Part shown: positions 38,668 through 47,509 of the stretch, piece by piece
How the letters are laid out: every line of letters starts with the position of its first letter
Numbering within the stretch: position 1 is the first letter of the stretch
Sequence record: SRR20825010_1901
Reading direction: 5' to 3' (one strand)
Length of the DNA stretch: 58,977 nucleotides
Program-made: the position numbers and the translations under genes
Notes under the pieces: generated by a model
Database searches by the model: none
Seen by the model: the letters and a program-made list of their open reading frames with translations, nothing else
Told to the model about the DNA's origin: nothing

Positions 38668-40095
38668 GTGGGGGGATATGTCGATGGGTTGTTTCGGGCT
38701 GCGACGGTGGGGTTGGCTTTGTGGGGGGCATTGTGTGCACCGCACGCCATGGCTGTGGAATTTGCTTTGCAAGATGGCAGTGTGCTGACAACGGACGAGA
38801 GCAATTTCGTCATGGAAGATAATGCCGTCACCGGCCCGGTGACTATTACCAGACCCGATGGCATGGTGTCGGAAGGAGAGATGATAAAAGGTGGGTGGCA
38901 GGGTCCGGTGAAGATTTTTGTTCCTGCCACCGGGCTGCGGTTTGTGGGCTTGTATGACAAAGGCGTGCAGCTCTCGATGTATTCGGAGCTGGAAGCAGAT
39001 ATAGCTATTGGGCGCTTCGATAAGGCGTTTGCGATTCGCGGTGAACGGCCATTCATGGGGCTCAGCTTTAAGGAGGCGTCCGAGCCTGTTGGTACAGCAT
39101 ACGTCGGGATTGAAAACGTGATTTATAATTCCCCTGCATACTTGGCGGGTTTCCAGTCGGGCGATCGAGTTCTGGATTATAACGGCAAGAGATATAGAGA
39201 CATGGCCACTCTGGTCGCGGATATCCAGACTGTCCGTTTCGGTGACACGGTAACTTTTCGGCTGCAACGCAATGGTGAGCCACTAACGATAACCTTTGCG
39301 CCCCATATCATTCCCGCGGACCACGCCCTGGTGAAGAACGGGAAGCTCACGGCCTCGAAAACCCTCCTTTGGCAAGCCATTCAACGGTCGCCAACACAAA
39401 GTGGTTTGGCTGATTACATCAATGACGTGGCAGATCCGGCTTACCTGCCGAAGGCTAAGCTGCTCAGGGAAACGTTAAACAAGCAGGAAGCAGCGGCGTA
39501 TGAACGTGCGATAAAAACCAACACGCTGGCAGGTTACATCGCTTATTCCTCCATCTATGACCTATCTGCTAACCGCAGAGAGGTAGACAGGCGCGTGCTC
39601 GGGATTCAGGAAAAAGCGGATGATCCGGTTGCCGTATACCGGGCGTATCGGCAAGCGTGTCGTGCCTGTGGTGATATTTTTCCGGGAAACTATGCCTTGT
39701 TGAACGTCGGGCCTGATGAGAGCGCGACGGTGGGAGCGCTATTGAAGCGGGAAAAGGCGGGCGCGAGTATGGGCGAGTTACAGAACATCATCGACAGCCA
39801 TCCGTTCTTTCGTTATCCAGAACTGACTCCAGAGAATCGGGATTTGTTATTGTTCCTTGGCATGAGCGAAACATTGATTGTGGCACTGGAACGTGGAGCT
39901 CAACAGCGCAGTGTTGCAGCCCGTTCACCAGTGGCAGCGGACCCATCATCCTCTGTTCAGAGCACCCTAACCGACACGGCAGTGGAGTGCACCAAGCTAG
40001 CCGTTGCCCTGGAAGGCTGCGATCGGTTGGGCTCTTTTTCTGCCATGGGGTGCCGCGCAGTGGTGAGAAAAAAATTCCAGTGTCCGGGTATGTAG
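38668..40095 (+). CDS. Secreted PDZ-domain protein
   Basis: Signal peptide (AMA); PFMGLSF..VIYNSPAYLAGFQSGDRVLDYNG..VTFRLQRNG PDZ signature; Cys-rich C-terminus. Confidence 0.7.
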   Translation: MGGYVDGLFRAATVGLALWGALCAPHAMAVEFALQDGSVLTTDESNFVMEDNAVTGPVTITRPDGMVSEGEMIKGGWQGPVKIFVPATGLRFVGLYDKGVQLSMYSELEADIAIGRFDKAFAIRGERPFMGLSFKEASEPVGTAYVGIENVIYNSPAYLAGFQSGDRVLDYNGKRYRDMATLVADIQTVRFGDTVTFRLQRNGEPLTITFAPHIIPADHALVKNGKLTASKTLLWQAIQRSPTQSGLADYINDVADPAYLPKAKLLRETLNKQEAAAYERAIKTNTLAGYIAYSSIYDLSANRREVDRRVLGIQEKADDPVAVYRAYRQACRACGDIFPGNYALLNVGPDESATVGALLKREKAGASMGELQNIIDSHPFFRYPELTPENRDLLLFLGMSETLIVALERGAQQRSVAARSPVAADPSSSVQSTLTDTAVECTKLAVALEGCDRLGSFSAMGCRAVVRKKFQCPGM

Positions 40096-40189
40096 AGAGT
40101 ACCGGTCTTAAAACCTGCTTGTGCCACAACAGCAAGCGAACAGGTGGCCTGCATGCCATTTGAAAAAGACAGCAAGGACAACACAAGAC

Positions 40190-40930
40190 ATGGCAGATAT
40201 CCCATTGGCGAAGGCTTTAAAGCGTGCTGCACAGGAGCCGTCGCAACGGCCAGCTTTTTACCGGGCTCTGATGGAGGCGGATGTATTTGTGATCGGTCAT
40301 ACGGACCAGCCTGACCTGAACGCGCAGGGCCACCACACCATTCCTGCCGGGGCCAATGTGTCACTGGTAAATTGGGAAAAGGCCGATGGAAGCCCCGTGA
40401 TTCCGTTTTTTACCCATCTGGAAGCGCTGCAACTGGCCATCGATGTCGAGACGTCTTACCTGTCACTGCCTGCCCGCAGCCTGTTTGAACTGACGCGTGG
40501 GACTACACTGTTCCTCAATCCGAAATCGGATCACGGCAAGGAATTTGTTCCTCACGAAATTGATGCCCTGCTGGATACCGGCATGAACCAGAAAGCCGAC
40601 ACCCGGGTGGTGGAGAAAGAAACGCGGGTGATGCTTGGCCAACCAGCAGAGTATCCCACGGCCATGGTGGAGGCCTTGCAGCAGCTTCTGCCTGACCACC
40701 CTGGTGTGACAGCCGCCTATCTATGCCTGATGCATGATCCTGAAATGTCGCAGAAGCCGACGTTGGTGGTGGGATTTGAAGGGCTGGATCTGGAGGTTGC
40801 CATGTCTGAGGCAGGATCTGTGGTTGTGGATACCGCTCCATCCGGCCAAGCGGTTGATTTCGTGGTCGTCGATGGAACGGGTATTGGCGAGTACATGAAA
40901 AAGAGTGGGGCGTTTTATAAAAAGAGCTAA
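40190..40930 (+). CDS. sseB: Enhanced serine sensitivity protein SseB family
   Basis: RPAFYRALMEA, IPFFT, LFLNP...GKEF.P.EI, LGQPAEYP, AAYL. Confidence 0.8.
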   Translation: MADIPLAKALKRAAQEPSQRPAFYRALMEADVFVIGHTDQPDLNAQGHHTIPAGANVSLVNWEKADGSPVIPFFTHLEALQLAIDVETSYLSLPARSLFELTRGTTLFLNPKSDHGKEFVPHEIDALLDTGMNQKADTRVVEKETRVMLGQPAEYPTAMVEALQQLLPDHPGVTAAYLCLMHDPEMSQKPTLVVGFEGLDLEVAMSEAGSVVVDTAPSGQAVDFVVVDGTGIGEYMKKSGAFYKKS

Positions 40931-41155
40931 GCGAAATTGAATGCTGCTCTGCGAAGATGAATACCCTTTACTCCCTTTCTCTACCCGGATAACCCTCGAC
41001 CTATGATATAGGTCAGCCACCTTGATTTGGGTTATCGGATTGGCTCTACAGCGTTTCCGAATTGCTCAACGCTATGCTGCATTTTTTCTTGCTCATATAT
41101 GATGCGGTCGCTTTACGGATGTGCCGTGCCAGTGCCCTCTGAACGACTTCGTTGT

Positions 41156-41752
41156 TTAGCTTCGCGTAACCCTTATCAGCATGCCGAACAGGGCATGGTC
41201 GAAATAGTACACCTGGTGGCCCGCAAGGCGGCGCTTCTCGTCGATGTCCACGTACAGGCGCTCGCCGTTACTTTGCGTGTTAAACCAGATTTGTGGTGTT
41301 ACATGGAGATAGCGGGATTTACTGAACTGCAGGGTGCCTTCCAGTTCCGGTATTTCGCCGCCTTCGGTGGGCAGTGTTTGCCCGCCGCGCACATAGACCG
41401 GCAATGTCTCTGCTTTGCTGCCGATGGGTTGTTCCCAGGCGGCATGATACAGCTCGCGGTAGTTGCCGGTGCCTTCCATGCGTTCCAGCATATAACCAAG
41501 CACTTCGTCGTCCTGGGACAGCGGCTGCCAGGCGCCCCGGGCAACGGCATCCGGGTCGGCCGCTTCACTGGTTTCCGGTTGGCCTATGGTCACGGCCTGT
41601 GAGGCATAGTGAGGCTGCAGGCCGGTTGCCCAGATTTCTTCACTGCTGGCATTGTTTTGAGCAAACACCAGCACTTCCACTTTGTACCATCTTTGTGCGA
41701 TAGCGGTGTTGCCTAACAGGACCAGAATAACCAACAGTAAAGCGCGATGCAT
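41156..41752 (-). CDS. CsiV-like periplasmic peptidoglycan-binding protein
   Basis: Signal peptide, WYKVEVLVF, LYHAAWEQP, SRYLH, YYFDHALFGMLIRV; directly downstream of mfd. Confidence 0.82.
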   Translation of the reverse strand: MHRALLLVILVLLGNTAIAQRWYKVEVLVFAQNNASSEEIWATGLQPHYASQAVTIGQPETSEAADPDAVARGAWQPLSQDDEVLGYMLERMEGTGNYRELYHAAWEQPIGSKAETLPVYVRGGQTLPTEGGEIPELEGTLQFSKSRYLHVTPQIWFNTQSNGERLYVDIDEKRRLAGHQVYYFDHALFGMLIRVTRS

Positions 41753-41911
41753 TGAACACTCCTTGTGCCGCCTGCCGACCAGGCTTTGATTTTGGGGCCG
41801 ACTATACCCCAATAAGCCTGGATTGCTCACGGGTGATGGGGTAATCGGCGCGGATTTTGTGACAAAAGCGTGGTTAACGGCTCGGCGTTACGCCTGTCTT
41901 CACCTGTGCCT

Positions 41912-44900
41912 TCAGCTTGCGCTGCCTGTCTTGATGCTTTGGGCTGCCAGGCGCGTCAGCAGTTCCTGCACGACCTGGATACGTTCCTCCGGTGTCTCGC
42001 TGTCTTCCACAAAACGCAGGGCGTTGGCCCCTTCAAGCTTGAATCGGTTGGGGCCGGACTGGACCAGCTTGACGATGGTGAGCGGGTCCACCGGAGTGCG
42101 CTCACCAAATTCCAGTTTGCCGCCAGTGGCGTGGGCGTCCAGGCGAATAATACCCAGCCGTTCAGCCTGTTGGCGTAGTTCGGTCACGGCGAACAGGTTT
42201 TTCACCGGTTCCGGCAACAGGCCAAAGCGGTCGATCATTTCCACTTGCAGCTCTTTCAGCCCCGCGCGGGTTTTACAGCCAGCGATGCGCTTGTAGAGCG
42301 TGAGGCGGCCGAACACATCGGGCAGGTAGTCTTCCGGGATCAGCGCGGGAATGCGTAGGTTCAGTTCCGGGCCGCCGCTGAGGGGTTTTTCCACATCCGG
42401 TTGCTCGCCGCGTTTCAGCGCTTCCACCGCTTGTTCCAGCATTTCCATATAGAGGCTGAAACCGATGGTTTCGATGTTGCCATGCTGCTCTTCGCCGAGC
42501 AGTTCACCGGCGCCACGGATTTCCATGTCCTGGCTGGCGAGCATGAAACCGGCGCCCAGATCCGTGGCCTGCTCGATGGCTTCCAGCCGTTTGATGGCGT
42601 CCTTGGTCATCACCTTGGGGCTGGGGGTAATCATGTAGGCGTAGGCCTGGTGGTGGCTGCGGCCCACCCGGCCACGGAGCTGGTGGAGTTGGGCCAGGCC
42701 GAGCTTGTCGGCGCGATCGATGATGATGGTGTTGGCGCTGGGCACATCGATGCCGGTTTCGATGATGGTGGTGCTCACCAGCACGTTGAAACGACGGTGG
42801 TAAAAGTCGCTCATCACCGCTTCCAGCTCGCGCTCGCGCATTTGCCCGTGGGCAATGCCGACCCGGGCATCGGGCACCAGCTTGCGAATGTCCGCGGCGG
42901 TTTTTTCCATGGTGTCGATATCGTTGTGCAGGTAATACACCTGCCCGCCCCGCAACAGTTCGCGCAGTAGCGCCTCCTTGATGGCGGTGTCGTTGTGTTG
43001 CTGTACGAAGGTCTTCACCGACAGGCGTTTCTGCGGCGGTGTGGCGATGATGGAAATATCACGCATGCCGCTCATGGCCATGTTCAGGGTGCGCGGAATG
43101 GGGGTGGCGGTGAGGGTGAGAATGTCACACTCGGCGCGCATCTGTTTCAGGCGTTCCTTGTGGCGCACCCCGAAGCGGTGTTCTTCATCGACAATAATCA
43201 GGCCCAGATTGTCGAAAGCCACGGTTTCCTGGAGTAGCTGGTGGGTGCCTACCAGAATATCCACTTTGCCTTCCTTGAGCCGTTGCAGCACCTGGGTCTT
43301 TTCCTTGGCGCTGCGAAAGCGCGACAGCACTTCGATATTTACGGGCCAGTCGGCAAAACGGTCAGTGAAGGATTCGTAGTGTTGCTGTGCGAGCAGGGTG
43401 GTTGGCACCAGTACCGCGACCTGGGTCTGGTTTTCCACGGCCACGAAGGCGGCGCGCATGGCCACTTCGGTTTTGCCGAAGCCCACGTCACCACAAACCA
43501 GCCGATCCATGGGTTGGCTGGATTGCATGTCGGCCACCACGGAGGCGATGGCGGCTTGCTGGTCCGGGGTTTCCTCGAAAGGAAAGCCGGCACTGAAGCG
43601 ATCGTAGTCGTTCAGGTCCACATCGAACTGACGACCTTCCCGGGCCTCGCGGCGGGCGTAAGTGTTCAGCAGTTCGGCGGCCACATCATGGATTTTTTCG
43701 GCGGCTTTCTGGCGAGCCTTGGTCCATTGCTCGGTGCCCAGGCGGTTCAGTGGCGCAGTGTCGCCGCCACCGTACCGGCTGATCAGATGCAGAGAGGAGA
43801 CTGGCACATAGAGTTTGTCGCCGCCGGCGTATTCCAGCAGTAAAAACTCGTGTTGCTGGCGATGCACTTCCATGTGGGTGAGGCCCAGATAGCGGCCCAC
43901 GCCGTGTTCCAGATGGACCACCGGGGAGCCCACGGTCATTTCCCCCAAAGAACGGAAAGCCTGTTCCGCGGCGCCATCGTCGCTGCTGGATTTACGGCGC
44001 CGGCGTTGCAACACCCGTTCGCCGTACAGGTCGTTTTCGGTGACCACTAACAACGCATGTTCCGGAGCGTAGAAACCCGCATCCAGTTCACCCCGGGTCA
44101 GGCTCCAGCGCGCCGGGTTGGCAATGAAATCTGGCCAGTTGTCTTTCATGGCCGGCTGGATCTGAATTTTCTGCATCAGCTCCAGCAACGCTTCTCGGCG
44201 CCCGGCGGTTTCCGCACAGATCAGGATGTGGGTATCCGGGTGAGCGTCGGAAAAGGTATGCAGCAGGGCCAGCGGATTGTTGGCGCGCACATCGGCGGTG
44301 AGGGCGGGCATGGGGGCCACATCAAAGTGAATAGCCTGGTCTGCGCCGCCCGAATCGCTAGTGGTCTGGCGCGCGCGCGGGTGCTGTTTCAGGGCCGCAT
44401 TCAGTTCGTCCGGGCGCAGGAATAATTGCCAGGGGGCCAGAATCGGGCGGTGAATATCGTGGCGGCGGGATTCGTGGCGTTGTTCCACATCTTGCCAGAA
44501 ATGCTCGATGGCGCTCTGGCAGTCAGCCAGTTCTACCAGGCGCACATCGTCGGGCAGGTAATCGAACAGGGTGGCCATCTGCTCGAAAAACAGCGGCAGA
44601 TAATATTCCAGGCCGGGTGCTGCCAGGCCGTCCGTCACATCCTGATAGAGAGGGACGTGACGGGTATCCACGTCAAAGGTATCGCGGAAGTTGCTGCGGA
44701 AGCGGGCGATGCCTTCAGCGCTGAGGGGGAATTCCGCCGCGGGCAGCAGGGTGATGTCGTCCACTTTGCCGGTGGAGCGCTGGCTTTCCGCTTCAAACAG
44801 GCGCAGGGATTCGATTTCATCGTCGAACAGTTCGATACGAAATGGCTGCTCGGCGCCCATGGGGTAGATATCCATGATCGCCCCACGCACGGCAAATTCG

Positions 44901-45391
44901 CCGTGCTCGTACACGTTATCCCGCTGTCGATAGCCGCTGGCGACCAGCCGGCTGCGGGTGGCTTCCATGTCGAAGCGATCGCCCACCTTGAGCAGGAAAC
45001 TGTTGCCGGTGATGTGGATCGGCGGCGCCAAGCGCTGCATCAGGGTATTGACCGGCACCACCAGAATGCCTTTGTGAGTGGTGGGCAACTGGTGCAGCAC
45101 CTGAATGCGGTCGCTGATGATGTCCTGGTGTGGGCTGAACAGGTCGTAGGGCAGGGTTTCCCAGTCCGGGAACAGCATCACCGGCGTTTCACTGCCGGCC
45201 AGATAGAAGCTCAGGGAGTCGGTAAGCTGCTGGGCACGACTGCTGTTGGGTGCCAGGATCACGAACAGGTGGTCTTCGCTGCGGGCCAGTTCGGCCAGTA
45301 CGGCAGCCATGCTGCCGGCATTGAGGCCGGCCCAGTCCTTGTAGTGCTCTCGCCCGCTGGGAAAGAGGTTGCTGTCGGGGAGTAGCTTCAT
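41912..45391 (-). CDS. mfd: Transcription-repair coupling factor
   Basis: FPDWETLPYD, VVHLEHGVGRY, CGDVGFGKTE, DEEHRFG, TATPIPRT, QLRGRVGRS, TRCF C-terminus. Confidence 0.98.
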   Translation of the reverse strand: MKLLPDSNLFPSGREHYKDWAGLNAGSMAAVLAELARSEDHLFVILAPNSSRAQQLTDSLSFYLAGSETPVMLFPDWETLPYDLFSPHQDIISDRIQVLHQLPTTHKGILVVPVNTLMQRLAPPIHITGNSFLLKVGDRFDMEATRSRLVASGYRQRDNVYEHGEFAVRGAIMDIYPMGAEQPFRIELFDDEIESLRLFEAESQRSTGKVDDITLLPAAEFPLSAEGIARFRSNFRDTFDVDTRHVPLYQDVTDGLAAPGLEYYLPLFFEQMATLFDYLPDDVRLVELADCQSAIEHFWQDVEQRHESRRHDIHRPILAPWQLFLRPDELNAALKQHPRARQTTSDSGGADQAIHFDVAPMPALTADVRANNPLALLHTFSDAHPDTHILICAETAGRREALLELMQKIQIQPAMKDNWPDFIANPARWSLTRGELDAGFYAPEHALLVVTENDLYGERVLQRRRRKSSSDDGAAEQAFRSLGEMTVGSPVVHLEHGVGRYLGLTHMEVHRQQHEFLLLEYAGGDKLYVPVSSLHLISRYGGGDTAPLNRLGTEQWTKARQKAAEKIHDVAAELLNTYARREAREGRQFDVDLNDYDRFSAGFPFEETPDQQAAIASVVADMQSSQPMDRLVCGDVGFGKTEVAMRAAFVAVENQTQVAVLVPTTLLAQQHYESFTDRFADWPVNIEVLSRFRSAKEKTQVLQRLKEGKVDILVGTHQLLQETVAFDNLGLIIVDEEHRFGVRHKERLKQMRAECDILTLTATPIPRTLNMAMSGMRDISIIATPPQKRLSVKTFVQQHNDTAIKEALLRELLRGGQVYYLHNDIDTMEKTAADIRKLVPDARVGIAHGQMRERELEAVMSDFYHRRFNVLVSTTIIETGIDVPSANTIIIDRADKLGLAQLHQLRGRVGRSHHQAYAYMITPSPKVMTKDAIKRLEAIEQATDLGAGFMLASQDMEIRGAGELLGEEQHGNIETIGFSLYMEMLEQAVEALKRGEQPDVEKPLSGGPELNLRIPALIPEDYLPDVFGRLTLYKRIAGCKTRAGLKELQVEMIDRFGLLPEPVKNLFAVTELRQQAERLGIIRLDAHATGGKLEFGERTPVDPLTIVKLVQSGPNRFKLEGANALRFVEDSETPEERIQVVQELLTRLAAQSIKTGSAS

Positions 45392-45499
45392 CGAGACCCG
45401 TTCCTGCGCATTCGGTGAGATATCAGGCGGCGTATTGTAGCCAAGGGTGACGGTGCCGTCAGCGCCGTCTACACTGCGGGCATCATTTGGGGAGATGGC

Positions 45500-45787
45500 A
45501 TGATCACATTACAACAATGGAAAGACTGTGAAGGGCAGGCGTTCGCGCTGGAAAATGGCGAAAGTTTGACGCTGGCGGAAGTGAATGTGCCGGTGTCCCC
45601 CGAGGGCTGGGAGTGCTTTTCCCTGCTGTTCGCGGGCCCGCTACAACTGGAGCAAGGCGCGGTGGTTATGCGCAACGAGACGCTGGGTGAGGAGTCAGTG
45701 TTTCTGGTGCCGGTGGGGCCGCTAGGCGCCAGCGATGGTACCTACCATTTCGAGGCGGTGTTCAATCGCCAGCTTGCCAGCGCATAA
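45500..45787 (+). CDS. DUF6916-like small protein
   Basis: GGAG RBS; LTLAEV...FSLLFAGP..LEQG...VFLVPVG....YHFEAVFN motif set; neighbour of tail-collar genes. Confidence 0.78.
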   Translation: MITLQQWKDCEGQAFALENGESLTLAEVNVPVSPEGWECFSLLFAGPLQLEQGAVVMRNETLGEESVFLVPVGPLGASDGTYHFEAVFNRQLASA

Positions 45788-46235
45788 GCAGGTAGACGCC
45801 CTTGTCTTCCTGCTCCTCAAAGCCCAGCCGAAGGTAGAGTCGCCGCGCCGGGTTGTTCGTTTCCACGTGAATGGTCAGGGGCTTGCCGGACTGGCGAGCC
45901 CGTGATTGCAAGGTGGCGAGAATCTGTGACCCAAGCCCTGTGCCGCGAAAGGCGGGCAGCAGGGCGATGTCCACAATGCGAATCTCTTGCTCCCAGTCCG
46001 AGACATACAGCCTCCCGGCGGTCTCCCCGTTTAATTCAATCAGGTGCCGTTCCGCTTCAGGATAATGCTTGAGGTAGTGTTCGTGCTGCGCTTTTGCCTG
46101 CAGGGTCAGAAAGTCATCCTGCTGCGCCTGGGGCCAGCCGGTTTGCGCCACTTCTTCCTGACGGGTGCTGGTGTAGATGGCCAGTAACATCGGCGTGTCG
46201 CTGTCACTGGCCGGGCGTAAACGGTAGCTGTGCAT
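45762..46235 (-). CDS. GNAT family N-acetyltransferase
   Basis: IYTSTRQEE..W...FLTLQ, IVDIALLPAFRGTGLGS acetyl-CoA motif, LTIHVETNNPARRLYLRLGF. Confidence 0.92.
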   Translation of the reverse strand: MHSYRLRPASDSDTPMLLAIYTSTRQEEVAQTGWPQAQQDDFLTLQAKAQHEHYLKHYPEAERHLIELNGETAGRLYVSDWEQEIRIVDIALLPAFRGTGLGSQILATLQSRARQSGKPLTIHVETNNPARRLYLRLGFEEQEDKGVYLLMRWQAGD

Positions 46236-46657
46236 TACGAAGGGGAAGGGTAGATGCCGAACAGGGCCACAATGAAATGCACAAACAGTTGTGGTGTGGT
46301 GTGCGCTTGGCCCACGGGAAGCGCCTCCCAGGTCTGTTGTGTTTTGCCCAGGTCTCGATCAATGCTGACGCTGGTGGTCGCGGCAACAGCGCCACTGGCA
46401 TTGCTGCCACTTTTGGCGCCCAGACGAACCGGTGCAAGCCCCGGGCCTGCGTTCTGACCGGCGTGTATGGGGGATCGGCCACGACAATCTGGTAAAGCGA
46501 AGGTGGTTCTGCCGTCGCCACCGTAAATGGTGCCGAACAGGGAGAACAGTGCATCGTTTTGCGATATCGCCAATAGTTGACCATCGCAGAATGCCCAGGT
46601 TCGTGGAGCAAAAGTACCGGCAAACATGCGAATTTCGCCTATAAAGGGTTCAGACAT
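46235..46657 (-). CDS. Short phage tail-collar domain protein (MdpB-like), paralogue 3
   Basis: MSEPFIGEIRMFAG.FAPR.WAFCDGQLL...ALFSLFGTIYGGDGRTTFALPD; C-terminal FIVALFGIYPS. Confidence 0.9.
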   Translation of the reverse strand: MSEPFIGEIRMFAGTFAPRTWAFCDGQLLAISQNDALFSLFGTIYGGDGRTTFALPDCRGRSPIHAGQNAGPGLAPVRLGAKSGSNASGAVAATTSVSIDRDLGKTQQTWEALPVGQAHTTPQLFVHFIVALFGIYPSPS

Positions 46658-46669
46658 AGGGACCTCTCG

Positions 46670-47071
46670 TTAGCTGCGGGGTGGGAAAATCCCTTGCAGG
46701 GCGATGGCAAAGTTAAGCGCGATGGTGGGCATCTGCGCGCCTTGGGTGGCAACTGGTGTGCTATTCAGGGTGCTGTCCAGGTTGCGGTCCAGTGTCAGGC
46801 TGTCCAGGGTGTCCCCGTTTTCGGTGTCGCTCAGGCCTCCCCCTTTACTGCCTTGATTGATGCTGCCGCTGCCCGGATGCATTGGTGTACGCCCGCGCAG
46901 GTCCGGTAGCGCAAAGCTGGTTCTGCCGTCGCCGCCGTAGGTGGTCCCCAACAGAGAATACAGAGACTGGTTTTGGTTGATTGGCAGAATCTGACCATCG
47001 CAAAAGGCCCAGCCTCTGGGGGCAAAGTTGAAGCCGTAAATGCGGATTTCAGCGAGAAAGGGTTCGCTCAT
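46670..47071 (-). CDS. Short phage tail-collar domain protein (MdpB-like), paralogue 2
   Basis: MSEPFLAEIRIYGFNFAPRGWAFCDGQIL...LGTTYGGDGRTSFALPDLRGR; C-terminal LNFAIALQGIFP. Confidence 0.9.
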   Translation of the reverse strand: MSEPFLAEIRIYGFNFAPRGWAFCDGQILPINQNQSLYSLLGTTYGGDGRTSFALPDLRGRTPMHPGSGSINQGSKGGGLSDTENGDTLDSLTLDRNLDSTLNSTPVATQGAQMPTIALNFAIALQGIFPPRS

Positions 47072-47082
47072 CAGTGGGGCTC

Positions 47083-47502
47083 CTAGCTTCTGGATGGGTA
47101 GAGCCCTTGCAGGGCAATAATATAGTTCAAACCCAGATAAGGGTGACGTTGATCGCCCGCGGGCACTTTGGCGGGGATGGTACGCGTGGTCTGGCTGCTG
47201 CCGAGATTGCGGTCAGGCGTAACGCCCTGCACAACCTTTACGGTCGATGCGCTATTTTGCGCAACCTGGCCCAGTCTGTATGACGGGAGCCCGGGGCCCT
47301 GACCGGGGTGTGCGGGTGCCCGACCCTGTAGGTTGGGTAGTGCCGTTGTGGTACGGCCATCACCGCCATAAGTGGTGCCAATCAGGCTGAACAGGGCAGA
47401 ATTCTGGCTGATCGGTAGCAGTTGTCCATTGCAGAATGCCCAGCTGCGCGGGGGGAAATTACCTGCAAAGATGCGGATTTCGGCGAGAAAGGGTTCGCTC
47501 AT
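47083..47502 (-). CDS. Short phage tail-collar domain protein (MdpB-like), paralogue 1
   Basis: MSEPFLAEIRIFAGNFPPRSWAFCNGQLL...GTTYGGDGRTTTALPNLQGR; C-terminal PYLGLNYIIALQGLYPSR. Confidence 0.9.
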   Translation of the reverse strand: MSEPFLAEIRIFAGNFPPRSWAFCNGQLLPISQNSALFSLIGTTYGGDGRTTTALPNLQGRAPAHPGQGPGLPSYRLGQVAQNSASTVKVVQGVTPDRNLGSSQTTRTIPAKVPAGDQRHPYLGLNYIIALQGLYPSRS

Positions 47503-47509
47503 AGTGACC

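Noticed and set aside
38611-39267. 218-aa minus-strand ORF opposite the PDZ gene
   Set aside because: No recognisable features; the plus-strand frame has a signal peptide and a PDZ signature.
41027-41602. 191-aa plus-strand ORF
   Set aside because: Antisense to the well-supported CsiV-like gene; TTG start and no motifs.
46235-47502. Prophage or tailocin interpretation of the tail-collar genes
   Set aside because: No structural, lysis, replication or integration phage genes are nearby, and the neighbours are Sec/Tat-exported proteins and a GNAT.
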